This document shows positions 31,487-32,694 of a DNA stretch of 32,694 nt, in pieces. The notes below the pieces were generated by a model, which did not search any database, was not told the origin of the DNA, and was given only the letters and a program-made list of their open reading frames with translations. The DNA lies in the NCBI GenBank assembly GCA_964503915.1, contig CAZDCH010000003.1:1-32694 (forward strand). The letters are read 5' to 3'. The first letter of the stretch is position 1, and each line of letters opens with the position of its first letter. Both the position numbers and the translations under genes were made by a program. Origin of the DNA: an uncultured Thermoplasmatales archaeon. Its GTDB lineage: Archaea; Thermoplasmatota; E2; UBA202; JdFR-43.

Positions 31487-32694
31487 TTAAAGGGTTGAAT
31501 CTACTGGCGTAGGCTCAATCCAATGAGCTGGGCTATATACTATAAGCATTGGGTCTCCATATATAACCATCTGTCCCCACATGTCATTTAATGAACATCT
31601 TCCATATATTGAAGTTGGGTCTCTTGTTGTATAATCTCTATCAAATCTCCATATAACTTTTCCTAATGCTTCTCCTATTGGCAATCCATAGTACAATGAA
31701 TTTTTAAAGAAAAGTAAATCCATTATTTCATTTGTTGGACTTAGTCCAGTATTTGCATTTCCATAAGCTGCAACTGCTCCATGTTCAAGATATATTTCTG
31801 GCCCAAAATGGGCAAATGTGGTACAGCTCATCCAGCATATAAATGAGCTATGTAAATTCTCCCAAAGCATATCGCACCATTTGAAATGTATTATATCATA
31901 TTCAAATGGAGGCTCAGGGTCATACCAGGTAAATCCTCCACTTCTAGGTGTTTTTCCGCTCCAATATGCATATCCTCTCCATCCATCTATTCCAATTCCT
32001 TTTCCAACTGGATGTTCGCTCACACCACTTCCTCCAGTTCCATGTCCTGTATAATAGTATACTGAGACTCCATTATTTTGTTCAACTAACAAATTGTCCC
32101 ATACACAATGTCCTCTATATTCTCTTCCATATGCTCTAAAGTATACTAAATTTTCCCTTGTTGTATATGCATTATATCTATTTCTATCATTTCCAGACCA
32201 TTCTCTTCCATCTTGATAATTTATAAATGATGTTGTTGTATATTCTTTATGTGGATTTGCAAAAATCAATGCTGGATATAAAATACTTCTAGCTACATAA
32301 GCAGCCATTTCTGCAGGCGTCTTTCCAATAAATTGACCAGCTGTAGATTCATTTCCTATTAATGGATGAGTAACTGTAAATCTTATATCTTTCTTAGGCG
32401 CAACTATTCCATAAGCCTCCATTATGCCATCTATATTAATTCCTAAGCTTTTTACATATTTATATATTGAATCAACAATTTTGCTCATCCATCTTAAATC
32501 TGCATCTAATCCAATTGGTGGAATTTCTCCTTCCTTTATATAATCAATAATTGGCTTTTCTGCCATTGCTAAATGCCCTATTGAACGACAGCCATGATAG
32601 TAATCACCAGCATAATACATCCATTGATGAGCAATATTTGCCCAATGATATGCTCTTCCCATTTCTCCAATTCTTAATACTGGTGATGCATGAT
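31487..32694 (-). CDS. Putative caspase-fold (gingipain/C25-like) cysteine peptidase, N-terminus truncated by the window edge
   Basis: The frame stays open from the ATG at 32662 to the window end. VYYYTGHGTGGSG (His-Gly) and SFICWMSCTTFAHFG (Cys) lie in the order and spacing expected of a caspase-like catalytic dyad. The family assignment is tentative. Confidence 0.5.
   Translation of the reverse strand, partial: HASPVLRIGEMGRAYHWANIAHQWMYYAGDYYHGCRSIGHLAMAEKPIIDYIKEGEIPPIGLDADLRWMSKIVDSIYKYVKSLGINIDGIMEAYGIVAPKKDIRFTVTHPLIGNESTAGQFIGKTPAEMAAYVARSILYPALIFANPHKEYTTTSFINYQDGREWSGNDRNRYNAYTTRENLVYFRAYGREYRGHCVWDNLLVEQNNGVSVYYYTGHGTGGSGVSEHPVGKGIGIDGWRGYAYWSGKTPRSGGFTWYDPEPPFEYDIIHFKWCDMLWENLHSSFICWMSCTTFAHFGPEIYLEHGAVAAYGNANTGLSPTNEIMDLLFFKNSLYYGLPIGEALGKVIWRFDRDYTTRDPTSIYGRCSLNDMWGQMVIYGDPMLIVYSPAHWIEPTPVDSTL

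Noticed and set aside
1-32694. CRISPR array
   Set aside because: No regularly spaced 25-40 nt repeats were seen. The only tandem repeats are the 57-nt-period coding duplication at 3297-3395 and the heptamer microsatellite at 31458-31486.

Overview
AT-rich archaeal chromosomal segment. Archaeal markers include uL16/L10e, a Hef-type helicase, diphthine synthase, Trm5, a class III signal-peptide pilin and GGAGG ribosome-binding sites. The window has two parts. (A) 1-18002 looks like an integrated mobile genetic element sitting against the 3' end of a tRNA-Lys(CTT) gene (18003-18076, minus strand). It holds a frameshifted XerC/D-like tyrosine integrase that reads into the tRNA, a ParB-like protein with two Cys4 ribbons, small HTH regulators and a resolvase/invertase-type serine recombinase. 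It also holds a P-loop NTPase and a 13 kb one-directional, translationally coupled operon (ten ATGA start/stop overlaps). That operon encodes sequon-rich secreted or membrane-anchored proteins (LamG, metallophosphoesterase, Fn3-like, PKD), many small hydrophobic proteins and two polybasic proteins. I recognise no capsid fold, polymerase or Rep. My main hypothesis is a previously undescribed provirus or vesicle-forming plasmid of the pleomorphic or spindle-shaped kind. The left end of the element is not in the window. Non-coding parts of the element contain GC-rich hairpins, iteron-like hexamers next to an AT tract, and perfect 11-14 bp repeats. (B) 18077-32694 is ordinary housekeeping DNA. It carries uL16, tRNA-Phe, a CDP-alcohol phosphatidyltransferase, a Hef-like helicase, IleRS and an MtnA/class II aldolase/cupin trio. 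It also carries a pilin, a MoaD/SAMP-like protein, an M42 peptidase, Trm5, diphthine synthase and a partial caspase-fold peptidase. No CRISPR array and no rRNA were seen. All family names come from motif recognition by eye, not from database searches.
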